Positions 1 through 12,500 of a DNA stretch of 64,000 nucleotides are shown piece by piece. The stretch's first letter is position 1. Each line of letters opens with the position of its first letter. Under the pieces are notes generated by a model. It saw only the letters and a list, made by a program, of their open reading frames with translations. It did not search any database and was not told the DNA's origin. The translations under genes and the position numbers were made by a program. Source of the stretch: Hemiscyllium ocellatum (Eukaryota); NCBI RefSeq assembly GCF_020745735.1, contig NC_083435.1, forward strand, positions 38,651,090 to 38,715,089. Direction: 5' to 3'.

Positions 1-9
1 GTCTGTTTA

Positions 10-351
10 TGATTGGTCTAGTCAATAACGGACTGCTCATCCCAATTCTGATTGGTCCACAGAACAGGGAAAACTAATACTCCCCGCTGATTGGTCTATA
101 TTCACCAGGTAATGGCTGCGGACGGATACTTCCCAGGCTGATTGGTCTCCGCCCGCGGTGTTTCTGTTCTTGATTGGCCACTCTTTGCACGTAGCATGGC
201 TCTGATTGGCTTGTTCCCCACTGGTTATTAGACATTTCTAATTGGTTCCTGTCATTCCACCTCCAGCACTGATTGGATGTTTTATCTTTAATTCTAATTG
301 GTCAGTGATTGTTGAAGTCCCGGCCCTCTGTCTATCCCTTGTTCTGATTGG
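10..351 (+). promoter_or_regulatory. Array of ten inverted CCAAT (Y-box / NF-Y) motifs upstream of the MHC class II beta gene
   Basis: ATTGG at 12, 51, 90, 141, 173, 205, 241, 272, 297 and 347, all on the same strand. Full CTGATTGG at 48, 87, 138, 202, 269 and 344. Confidence 0.75.
105..145 (+). promoter_or_regulatory. Candidate weak X-Y module within the beta promoter
   Basis: CCAGGTAATGGCTG (105-118) resembles the X1 box and lies 19 bp before CTGATTGG (138-145). The match to X1 is loose. Confidence 0.3.
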
Positions 352-361
352 CCAGGATGTT

Positions 362-369
362 TATATAAA
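362..369 (+). promoter_or_regulatory. TATA box of the MHC class II beta gene
   Basis: TATATAAA 10 bp after the last Y box and about 46 bp before the ATG at 415. Confidence 0.7.
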
Positions 370-414
370 GGTCTTTCCGGGTAGCTCTGCGCTGCAGTCT
401 CGGTCTGTCCGGGA

Positions 415-553
415 ATGGATCTGGTTATTGTGTCTGATCGCCGCTCCCTCTGGAGCCGGATCCCGATCCCGATCCCGATCCCGATCCCGATCCCCCTCCC
501 CCTCCTCATCGGAACATTTATCCTCCTCAGTGGAGGGAGAGACAGCGGAGCTG
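415..553 (+). CDS. mhc2b: MHC IIB exon 1 (signal peptide) MDLVIVSDRRSLWSRIPIPIPIPIPIPLPLLIGTFILLSGGRDSGA
   Basis: ATG downstream of TATA and Y boxes, hydrophobic core, ends G|gtgagt in phase 1, matching exon 2. Confidence 0.8.
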
Positions 554-3500
554 GTGAGTGATCCCCGGAGAGGGGCTGAACTCTGCACTGCCCGGGTCAG
601 AGGGATAGCAGCTTCGGGGTTAGTGGGGATCGAGTGGGTCCCGGCTATAACCGGGGGGGGGGTGGGGGCAGGTCCCGGCTATAACCGGGGGGCAGGTCCC
701 GGCTATAACCGGGGGGGGGGGGGGGTGGGGGCAGGTCCCGGCTATAACCGGGGGGGGGGGGGTGGGGGCAGGTCCCGGGACATCGTCGCCGGAGCAGCTT
801 GTAGTGGTCTGCTTCCTCGCACCCTTTGTCAGACACGGTCTGGGTCATATCCCTGTGCTCACCTTCTGGCCACCTCCCTTCACTCGTCAGTCAACCGGAC
901 CCTCAATTAGAAAACTACAATATTTACACAAAGTCGTTAGCAGAGCCTTCTGCTATACTTTGTGTTTCTATCTCCGCCTGACATGGTTCACACTTTGGGT
1001 AGCGTGCATTGAAATGGTTTGCTCCCTCATGTCCTGATGCATTGTCATGTTTACATTTTTAAACCTATCCTGGATTGAATATCATGTGCAGTTCTGGTCT
1101 CCTTCCTATCGGAAAAATGTTGTGAAACTTGAAAGGGTTCAGAAAAGATTTACAAGGATGTTGCCAGGGTTGGAGGATCTGAGCTACAGGGAGAGGCTGA
1201 ACAGGCTGGGGCTGTTTTCCCTGGAGTGTCGGAGGCTGAGGGGTGACCTTAGAGGTTTACAAAATTGAGGGGCATGGATAGGGTAAATAGACAAAGTCTC
1301 TTCCCTGGGTTGGGGGAGTCCAGAACTAGAGGGCACAGGTTTACGGTGAGAGGGGAAAGGTATAAAAGAGACCTAAGGGGCAACTTTTTTGGAGGGTGGT
1401 ACATGTACAGAATGGGCTGCCAGAGGATGTGGTGGAGGCTGGTACAATTACAGCATTTAAGAGGCATTTGGATGGGTATATGAATAGGAAGGGTTTGGAG
1501 GGATATGGGCCGGGTGCTGGCAGGTGGGACTAGATTGGGTTGGGATATCTGGTCAGTATGGACACGTTGGACCGAAGGGTCTGTTTCCATGCTGTAGATC
1601 TCCATGACTCTATATAGTGGTCACTGGCTTCAATTATTGAATTGTTAAATGCGCTGATGAGAAAGGTGGCTGTTTACATGTAAACATGGGCTTACATGGA
1701 ATGTTAAAGCTTCTTTAAAGACTGGTCATATCTCCTTCAATTCAGTTTTGGGCATTCAGCCTGGTTTTATTGGAGGTAATGTTGTGAGATAGAGGGGTTT
1801 TCTCTTCTCGGTAGAAACTGTCTTCTATTGAATCTTGAAGGCTGTTAGGTTTACTAACGTGCTGGAAGTCTGAATTTTAAAAATGATTAAGATATACTGG
1901 AAAAGCTCAGCTGAAATGAAAGCATTTTATTGAATGAAATGGTTGATGTTCCAGGTTAATTACTTTTTAAAAATGTAAAATAGAACATAGAACATAGAAG
2001 GATACAGCGCAGTACAGGCCCTTCGGCCCTCGATGTTGCGCCGACCAAATCCTACCTAACCTATACTAGCCCAATAACTTTCCAATGCCCGCTTAAATGA
2101 CCATAAAGAGGGAGAGTTCACCACTGATACGGGCAGGGCATTCCATGAACTCTCAACCCGCTGTGTGAAGAATCTACCCCTAACATCTGTCCTATACCTA
2201 CCACCCCTTAATTTAAAGCTATGTCCCCTAGTAACACCTGACTCCATTAGCGGTAAAAGGTTCTTAGTATCTACCCTATCTAAACCCCTAATCATCTTAT
2301 ACACTTCTATCAGATCTCCCCTAAACCTTCTCTTCTCCAATGAGAACAGCCCCAAGTGCCTCAGCCTTTCCTCATAAGATTTTCCTACCATTCCAGGCAA
2401 CATCCTGGTAAACCTCCTCTGCACTCGTTCTAAAGCTTCCACATCCTTCCTATAGTATGGCGACCAAAACTGCACACAATACTCCAGATGAGGCCTCACC
2501 AGAGTCTTATACAACTGCAACATGACCTCAGGACTCCGGAACTCAATTCCTCTGCCAATAAAGCCCAGTACACCATATGCCTTCCTCACAGCACTATTTA
2601 CCTGGGTGGCAACTTTCAGAGATCTGTGTACATGGACACCAAGATCCCTCTGCTCATCCACACTACCAAGTAGCCTACCATTAGCCCAGTAATCCATCAT
2701 CTTGTTATTCCTACCAAAGTGAACGACTTCGCACTTAGCTACATTGAATTCCATTTGCCACATTTCCGCCCAGCTCTGCAACTTATCTATATCCCGCTGT
2801 AACCTACCACTTCCTTCCTCACTATCCACAACTCCACCGACTTTTGTGTCATCCGCAAAAATGTTTCAAGCAGTGATAAAAGTCTAGACAGGAAGGAGTG
2901 CAAGGTACAATGATATAGGGAAGATGTGATGGAAAACCACAAATGACAGTTTGCCCAATAGGTTAAAAATAGGAGGCAGAAGACCGAAACTATTATCCAG
3001 TTAGCCTAATACTTGTCATAGGATGAAGGGATGCTTAATTGAGGTTACAAGAATTCCTTATATTGTGGTGTGGTCAGGAAAAACCAATGTGGTTTTGCAA
3101 AAGAGAAATTCTTAGTAATCCTATAGTATTGATGCAGTAATATCCACGGTAATCAGAATTGGTGTGGTGTACATGATTTCCAAAGGTATTTGAGATGCCA
3201 TGAAGTTTGCTGTACAAGATAGTTTAGGAATAACGATTTAACATGGATAAAAATTAAGCTAACCAGAAGTAGAGTGGGAATAATTCTGGTCTCTTCCTAT
3301 CGGAAAGATGCTGTGAAACATGAAAGGGTTCAGAAAAGATTTACAAGGATGTTGCCAGGGTTGGAGGATTTGAGCTACAGGGTGAGGCTAAATAGGCTGG
3401 GGCTATTTTCCCCAGAGCGTCTGAGGCTGAGGGGTGACCTTAGAGGTTTATAAAATCATGAGGGACATGAGTAGGATAAATGGATCTTTTTGCTGGGGTG

Positions 3501-6500
3501 GTGCAGCCCAGAACTAGAGGGCATAGGTCTAGGATGAGAGAGAAAAGATATTAAAGGTACATAAAGGGCAACTCTTTCTGAGGGTGGTGTGTATGGAATA
3601 AACTGCCAGAGGAAGTGGTGGAAGCTAGTACAATTACAGCATTTAAAAGGCATCTAGGTGGGTATATGAATAGATTGAGATATGGGTGGTGCTGGCAAAT
3701 GGGACTAGATTAGGTTAGGATATCTGGTCAGCATGTACAAGTTTGACTGGGTCTGTTTCTGTGCTGTATCTCTGACTTTAAATGGCAAGCTGTCTCTATA
3801 GAATGCCACAGGGATGAGATGAGAATCTCTAGCTACCATTTAAGCTGGATGAGTGGACTGAATGTATGATAGTGAAATTTAATGATACCCAGTTAAGAGG
3901 CGAGTATGCAAAAGAGTTAAGTGAATGGATAAAATTTGATAGGTGGAGGATTAGGTGGATAAATGTTGAACACTCTCATTTTGGCTGGAATAATAATTTA
4001 AATGGGGGAGAGATGTCACAGAACCTGTGGTAGAGAGGAATCTAGGTGTTAGAGCACAAGTGAAAGTTGTACTGGAAGCAGTGATTCAAAAGGCAAAAGG
4101 AATGTTATAGCTTACTGCAAGGAGAATAGTAATTAACTTGAGTGCTAGTTGTGCAGGGTTTTGCTGAGATCACATCTGGAGTAGTGTACAGTTTTGGTCT
4201 CTTGGGCATAACTGATTCCGAAGCAGTTCAGAAAAGGATTAGTTGACTGATTCCTGGGGTCAAGGGCTTGCCTTGGGAGGCAAGGCTGAACAGTTAGCTC
4301 CATGTATGTTGATGTTTAGAAAAATTAAGTGACCTTATTGGAACAAAAAATGAAAGGACATGATACTAGGAAATGTCGGGGGAATGTTCCCTCTTATGGG
4401 GAGAGCTCAGTAAATAGTTTTAAGAGGAAGTCTCCTTTTTGAGACTTGACATATGAGGGTCATCAGAATGTGGAATTTTCATCCCAGCCACTAGTGGAGG
4501 CTGAATCTTTAAATTTATTCAAGGCAATCTCACTGAAGCTTATCAAAAAACCCAAGGAGTCAAGAGTTAAGGAAATAGAGCTGAGACCACACAAGATCAG
4601 CCTTGATCTTATTGAATAGAACAATAAAGGACTGAATAGCCTAATATTGTTCTGATGATTGTACATTGGTATTCTGGGTAATCCAAGATGGAGGACAGAA
4701 AAAAACTGTGGCTGTAAGAGCTGTTCCTTTCTGAGATCTTTTGGTGTTGGAGGTGATTTCCTTGAATTCCAAAAGCAGCAATTAATGTTTCATATGCTGT
4801 TGCATGGTTTTGGAGTTTGGAGAAAAAAGTTTAAACAATGGCCTTTTTAAAAGGAGAAAAGGCAGACCAAGAAAGCAAGCACATGGTCAGAAGGGAGACA
4901 GACAGAAACCTGCTAACTGACATAGCAGTGAATCTGCACAGTTCCTGTCTTTGCTGTTTGAGTTCGTGTATCTCTGGATAGCAGAGTGCATCTAGAAAAA
5001 ATTAACAAACCGCAAAAGTCACAGCTGACCCTGGAGGAACCAGCACAGGAACAGATATGATAATTTTACTGTAAGTCTGCAGTACTGAATAAAGCAATTC
5101 TTTCTTGATTGTTTAATTGAAATATCTCTTGCAATTCTGGTCTCCTTTCTATCAGAAGGATGTTATGAAACTTGAAAAGTTCCAAAGAAATTTACAAGGG
5201 TGTTGCTAGGGTTTGAGCTATAGGGAGAGGCTGAATAGCTGTGGCTGTTTTCCTTGGAGCATTGAAGGCTGAGGGTTCTAGAGATTTATAAAATCATGAG
5301 GGGCATAGATAGGATAAATATAAGTCTTTTTCCTGGGGGTGGGGAAGCTCAGAATTAGGGGGTATAGGTTTAGGGTGAGAGGTGAAAGATATAAAAGGGA
5401 CCTAAGGGACAATTATTTTCTCGCAGAGGGTGGTACATGTATGGAATGAGCTGCCAGGGGAAGTGATGGAGGCTGGTACAATTCCAACATTAATAAGGTT
5501 TATGAATAGGAAGGATTTAGAAAGATATGGGCAAGAGCTGGCAAATGGGACTAGATTAGTTGGGATATCTGGATTGCATGGATGAGTTGGGCCGTCTGTG
5601 CTGTACATCTCTGACACTGAGTATGTAGGAATCAGACAAGCAAATAAACAAAAGATGTGTTGGTGTGAATAAGAATGCAGAAGCATTACAAAACAACTGC
5701 CTTCAACAAATGGGAGCAGTGGTTTTCAGTTTTTGAATCAACTCTGGAAGCTCAAGTGTTTAATGGAAGGTTCATGGTTCCTCAAACTACTTCCTGTTTG
5801 GTGTAGGTCCCCCAGTTAAGGACAGTGAAGCATTATGATGAGTACTGCAACTTTTACTCAATATCAACAAAATAAAATAAAAGATACTTTTTTGGTTAAT
5901 ATTGGATATACTCACAGGTTTAGTTGGTAATAATGAACCATAATTTTGACATTAATCTGATGTTCATGTGACTTAATTCCCCTATTTTTCATGGAATGAT
6001 TGCTTAGTGATATTGTCTATTCAAAATATTTAAGTTGAAACCAAATTAGGAAGACTGTTATGGCACGCTGGTAAAGTCCCTACCTGAGCCAGGAGATGTG
6101 GGGTTAAGCCCCACCTGCTGTAGTAGTGTGTAATAAAATATTTGAACAGGTTGATTTGAAAATATTTCTAGACTGAGGAACCTCTGCCGATATGTCCATG
6201 AACTGTAATGACTGACCTTAAACAATCTTGAATTGTGGGGCACTTGTCATACAGTGGTAGTATCCCTGCCTCTTGGGGTGTGGCGAGGGGGATGTCTTGC
6301 ACTCGTGGTCATGTCCTTATCTATAAACCAGAAGGCCTGGGTTCAAGTTCCACTTGCCAGGAAGATGCGATTATGTCTGAATAAGTTGACTTAATTTGAT
6401 ATTTAAAATGATAGTAACTGCCCAAAGTATCTCTCCCCAGTGGGCATTCAAAGGGCGAGGGAAATGTGCTGTTATCTTCCCCTCCAGCTTGTTTTCATAC

Positions 6501-9500
6501 TTTACATTGTGGTTACTGTGGATGGTACTGATCTTTAATACAAATGCCCAGCAGGCTTCTCTCCTTTACCCATGGGTTCAGCATATCTGCTGCATAACTT
6601 TGGTCATTGTCTAACCTGATTGGACCACAGCAATTGCCAGTAATTCTTGCTCTCCTAGTCTCAGCTGCTCTAGGACAAAGCAGTGAAGTTAAATCAATAT
6701 TATTGACCATTGCCACAAGCCAATTTTTCCTGCAATTAAATTGAAGAATTCAGTCAAAGACCTGTTTGTAAGATTGAGGGCATAGTCAGATATGGGCAGG
6801 AGAACCTGTCAGATCTGAACACCTTCCCATCTCTTCTCCTTCCCATTTCCTTCCCAAAGTTAATTTTGCTCAATGAGCAGTCTCTTGCTTCCTTGACTAT
6901 ATTCCTTTTAAAAGGACACCTGGCCATATCAACATCCTCTGAAGCTACTGTGATATTTAATAGTTCCCTTTTCTATCAGTCACCTGTTAAAGCATCCTAC
7001 TTTGACTACAAGCTACTGCATGATCTTCAATCTTCCCTTCCCTATTTGCACATCAGTTCTCTTGGTTTCCTCATGTGTTTAAGTTTGGTCTTCCCCTTTA
7101 TTGTACAAGACAAAACCTGAAAGTTTACTGACATTGGAAGATGAGTTGCACTCATCAGGGTATAAAGGATTTCTTTGTGCGAACTAAGCATACCTTAAGA
7201 ACGAGGAGCAGGACTAGGCCGTCTGGCCCATTGAGCCTGTTTTGCTATTCAATAAGATCATGGCTGATAGCTTCATGGGCATAGCTCCATTTACCTGCAC
7301 TTTCACCATATCCCTTAATTCCTTTATTGTTTTAAAAAAAATCTTAGCTTTAAGTGTTTACTGAAGTTGCGTCAACTACTTCACTGAGCAAGAAATTCTA
7401 TAGATTTACAACTCTCTGGTGAAGAAGTTCCTTCTCCATTCAGTCCCAAATCTCTCCATCTAATCTTGAGGCTATTCCCTCTTGTCCTAGTTTCACCTGC
7501 ACCAGTGGAAACATCCTCTCTACTTTGATCTTGTACCAACATGAGTATGTTGCTCAGCCCTTTCAGCGTAGTCAGTAAGATCATAGCTGATCAGATTGTA
7601 ATTTCAACTCCATGTTTCTGCACATCCCTGTTGATTATTCATCTCCTCAGTAATCAAGAATCTATCTACTTCTGCCTTAATATTTAAATATTCTGCATCC
7701 GCAGCCTTTTGAGGAAGGGAATTCCAAAGACACTCAACCCTCAGAAAAATGTGTTCCTCATCTGCCTTAAATGGGTAACTCCTTATTTTTAATCTGCAAT
7801 CTTTCTTCTAGATTCTCCCATAAGGAGCATCATTTCCACATCTACCCAGTCATGTCCTCTCAGGATCTTGTTACCTCTGATTTTTCTAAACTCCAGAAGA
7901 TGCAGGCCTGGCCTGTCAGCCTTTCCTCATAAAGTAATCTGCTCATTCCAGACAATAATCTTGTAAACCTTCTCTGAACTACTTGCATCACATTAAGATT
8001 CTTCCATAAGTAGTGACCAGTAGTGTGCAAAGTACTCCGATGTGGTTTCCCCAATGCCCTATATACCTGAAGCATAACCTCCCTACTCTTGCATTTAATT
8101 CCCCTCTCAATAGAACATAACATTCTATTAGCTTTCTTGATTACTCATTTTGATTCATAGAATCCTTAGTGTGGAAATGGGCCATTTGGCCCAATAAGTC
8201 CACACCAACCCTCTGAAGAGTATCCTATCTGGACCCATTCCTCTACACCAGTACTTTACATTCCCTCTAACTAATGTACCTAATCTACACATCCCTGAAC
8301 ACTGGGCAATTTAGCATAGCCAATTCACCCTAATCTGCACATCTTTGGACTGTGGGAGGAAACCCATGCAGACATGGAGAGAATGTGCAAACTTCATGCA
8401 GTCACCTGAGGCTGGAATCAAACCTGGCTCTGTGGTGCTGTAAGGCAGCAGTGCTAATCCTGTGATCCATGCAGGTAGATACCCAGATCTCTATCTCAAA
8501 ACTGCAATTCTCTCAATGTAAATAATATGCCTTTTTAAAACTTTTTTTGTCAAATTAACAGTTCACTTTCCCACATTAAGCTCCATTTGCCAGATCTTTG
8601 CCCACTTAAACTGTCCATATATCTTTGTAGGCTCTGTATGTACTCTACACAACTCTACACTTACTACACAATTCTACACAAATACCTATTTTTGTATCAG
8701 CAAATTTAGCTGCCATACCCCTGATCCCTTCATCCAAATCATGTATTGAGTTGAGTTGAGGCCCCAGCTCTGACCCCTGTGGCACACCTCTTGTGACATC
8801 TTGCTAACTTGAAAATGACCCTTTATTCCTACTGTCTGGTTCCTGTTAACCAGCTAATCTTCAAGATCAATGTCATCCCAACACCATGAGCTTCTATTTT
8901 TCTTCAAAATCTTTGTGACATCTTATCAAAAATTCTGGAAATTGAAGTACGTTTACTGGTTTCCCCTGATCTACTTCAATGAACTCCAGTAAATTAGTGG
9001 AGTTAAATACTATTAGTTAATGTATTACCAGAAATATTTTAATATCAGTGACATATATTTAAACTTGGCAATCTCAGGTCACTTATCTCTGATGTAACTA
9101 GCTAGTGAGTGTTATGTTACATATGCTTTTTTGTTCATTTTAAAGGCAGTAGGAGTATACTTTGAGCAGGAAATCAGGAGGGCAAAAAGGGGACATGAGA
9201 TAGCTTTGGCAAATGGGGTTAAGGTGAATCCAGTGTATTTTTTCAAATACATTAAGGACAAAAGGGTAACTCGGCAGAGAATAGCGCCCCTCAAAGATCA
9301 GCAAGGTGGTCTTTGTGGAGTTGTAGGAGATAGGGAAGATATTAAATGAGTATTTTGCATCAGTATTTACTGTGGAGAAGGACATGGAAGATATAGAATG
9401 TGGGGAAATAGACGGTGACATCTGGGAAAAATGTCCATATTACAGGGGGTGGTGCTGGATGTCGTGAAATGCCTAAAGGTGGATAAATCTCCAGGACCTG

Positions 9501-12500
9501 ATCAGGAGTACCCTAGAACTCTGAAGCTAGGGAAGTGATATGTGTATCATCAATAGACACTGGTGAGGTGCTGGAAGACTGGAGGTTGGCTAATGTGGCA
9601 CCACTATTTAAGAAAAGTGGAAAGGACAAGCCAGGGATCTATAGACCAGTGAGCCTGATGTTGGTGGTGGGCAAGTTGTTGGAGGGAATCCTGAAGGACA
9701 GGTTGTACATGTATTTGGAAAGGCAAGGACTGATTAGGGATAGTCAACATGGCTTTGTTCATGGGAAATCATGTCTCTCAAACTTGAACTGAGTTTTTTG
9801 AAGTCAGAGGATTGAGGGTAGAGCAGTAGATGTGATCTATATGGACTTCAGTAAGGCATTCAATAAGATTCCCCATGGGAGACTGGTTAGCAGGGTTAGA
9901 TCTTGTGGAATACAGGGAGAACTAGTCACTTAGATACAGAACTGGCTCAAAGGTAGAAGACAGAGGATGATGTAGGGTTGTTTTTCAAACTGGAGGCCTG
10001 TGATCAGTGGAGTGTCACAAGGATCAGTGCTGGGTCCTCTACTTTCATTCATTTTAAATAAATGATCTGGATGTGAACATAGGAGGTATAGTCAGTAAGT
10101 TTGCAGATGACACCAAAATTGAAGGTGTAGTGGACAGAAGATTACCTTAGATTACAATGGGATCTTGACCAGATGGGCCAATGGGCTGAGGAATGGCAGA
10201 TGGAGTTTAATTCAGATAAATGTGAGGTGCTGCATTTTAGGAAAGCAAATCTTAGCAGGACTTACACCTAATTGTAAGGTCCTGGAAATGCTGCTGAACA
10301 AAGACCTTGAAGTGCAGGTTCATAGTTCCTTGAAAGTGGAGTCGCAGGTAGACAGGATAGTGAAGGTGTTTGGTATGCTTTCCTTTACTGGACAGAGTAT
10401 TGAGTACAGGAGTTGGGAGGTCATGTTGCGGCTATTCGTCAGAAGGATGTTGTGAAACCTGAAAGTTCAGAAAAGATTTCAAGATGTTGCCAGGGTTGGA
10501 GGTTTTGAGCTATAGGGAGAGGCTGAACAGGCTGGGGCTGTTTTCCCTGGAGTGTTGGAGGCTGAGGGGTGATGTTAGAGGTTTATAAAATCATGAAGGG
10601 TGTGGATAGGTAAATAGACATGGTATTTTCTCTGGGGTGAGGGAGTCCAGAACTAGGGGGCATAGGTTTAGGATGAGAGGGGAAATATGAGACATGAGGG
10701 GCAACTTTTTCATGCAGAGGGTGGTATGTGTATGGAATGAGCTGCCAGAGGAAGTGGAGGTTGGTATAATTGCAGCACTTAAAAGGCATCTGTAGTGCTG
10801 GCAAATGGGACTAGAGTAGTTTAGGATATCTGGTCTGCATGGATGAGTTGGACTGGGGTCTGTTTCTGTGCTGCACATCTGTGACTAAGACTGGACATCC
10901 TTCTCTACATGATGTTAGTATCTGAACTAATACCAAAAAAGGATTTTTGGTAGTGTAGGCCTTGTGGTAATTTCTGCTTAGGCAGACAACCAACCAGTTG
11001 TAGGATGCAGATCATGGAAAGAGTTCTAAGAACTGAAAATGTGTTGCTGGTCAAAGCACAGCAGGCCAGGCAGCATCTCAGGAATAGAGAATTCAACGTT
11101 TCGAGCATAAGCCCTTCATCAGAGTTCTAACAAACCTACAGCTGATATTTTTTTCCGACCTTTCCATCTTATGATACATGGTTGACCAGTGTTACTCCCT
11201 AATGCGGGTCGGTGTGGACTTGTTGGGCCGAAGGGCCTGTTTCCACACTAAGTAATCTAATACCCCTCCACTGCTGTCCTGAGGAGACGGTCCTCCTTTA
11301 CATTCTACAGTGTGGGTTGATCCTAGATAAATAATCTCCAACCACTGGTTTCTAGTCACCTCCAATTCTCCACAAATTTATCGTTCACCTTGTATAGTTG
11401 ATGTATGGGACCATTAATGGAGCGTTAAACGCCCGGGGGTCGGGAAAGTGCCTGCAGTGAGTGTTCTCAACCCTGACATTTCTCCCTGAATTTCCTGCCT
11501 CTTGGGGTCACATTTCCGAGGATTGGGAGAGATTCCGGTCTGTGCCGCTGTTTGGAAGTGGGTTCAGGGAGGGAGGGCTCTCTGGGGGCTATCCCCTCCC
11601 CGGGCTGGGCTTGGGGGGCGGGGTGAGGGAGTGTAGGTGGGGTCTGGGTGTAACCCCCGGACAGAGGGTACACTCTCTCTGTGCTGTCGGCTCGGAGCCG
11701 CATTAACTCCGTCTGTGTGTGTGTGTGTGTGTCTCTCTCTCTCTCTCTCTCAGACGCTCACACCGGTAACTTTTTTACCGGCTGTGACTTTAACAGCTCC
11801 GGGAGCTGGACCTACATCGAGCAGCACATCTATGATCATGAACTGATCATGTATTTCGACTTTAACCAGAAGAAGTTCATCGCTGTGAAGGACTGGATGA
11901 AGTCTAATGCGGACAGATTGACTAAAGAGATGGGGGAGACCCGGTACCAAGAAGCGTTCGGTTTTTGTCCGAATAACATCGGGATCGACGAGAGTGAGGT
12001 GCTGTCCCGGAAAGGTGAGAGCGGCCCGGGGGGCACAGGGAGATCCCAGCCCTGCCCCCTAACGCGGTGTGTGTTTGAGGGGAGAGCCTTCCCCAGGGTG
12101 AGTATCAGCACCAGCCCCAGGACTGGACAACACCGCACTGCATTGGAAACGGGGTCCCAGACTCTGCCTGAGTTAGAGACCCTCAGCCCAGACTGTCCCT
12201 GTTACAGGGATCTGTAAAACACACTCTCTCTCGATCAGCTGTCTACAGCCTCAGATTGTGCATATACTGGTTCTTCAAATGAGCATCATTACCTCGTGTC
12301 AATCTCTTGGCCTTCCCCTTATCCCTACACAGCATGTATACCCAATTCCTTCATGAATGCCTTCATTGAACCTGCCTCCACCACATTTTCTGGCAGTGCA
12401 TCCCATACCCTCTATGTGCTCTCATCACCCTTGTTGCTTTCGCAATCTCTTTAAACTCTACCCTTTAATTGTAGTAGTCATTAAATCTTAAGTGTGCCAA

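Noticed and set aside
242-910. 222-aa ORF with SR and GAGPGYNRG repeats
   Set aside because: A by-product of the GC-rich promoter, the (GATCCC)n repeat and the intron 1 G-repeat. The real exon 1 uses another frame and splices at 553.
11681-12217. 178-aa ORF as a single-exon gene
   Set aside because: Only 11754-12014 is MHC-like and bounded by canonical splice sites. The rest is intron read-through.
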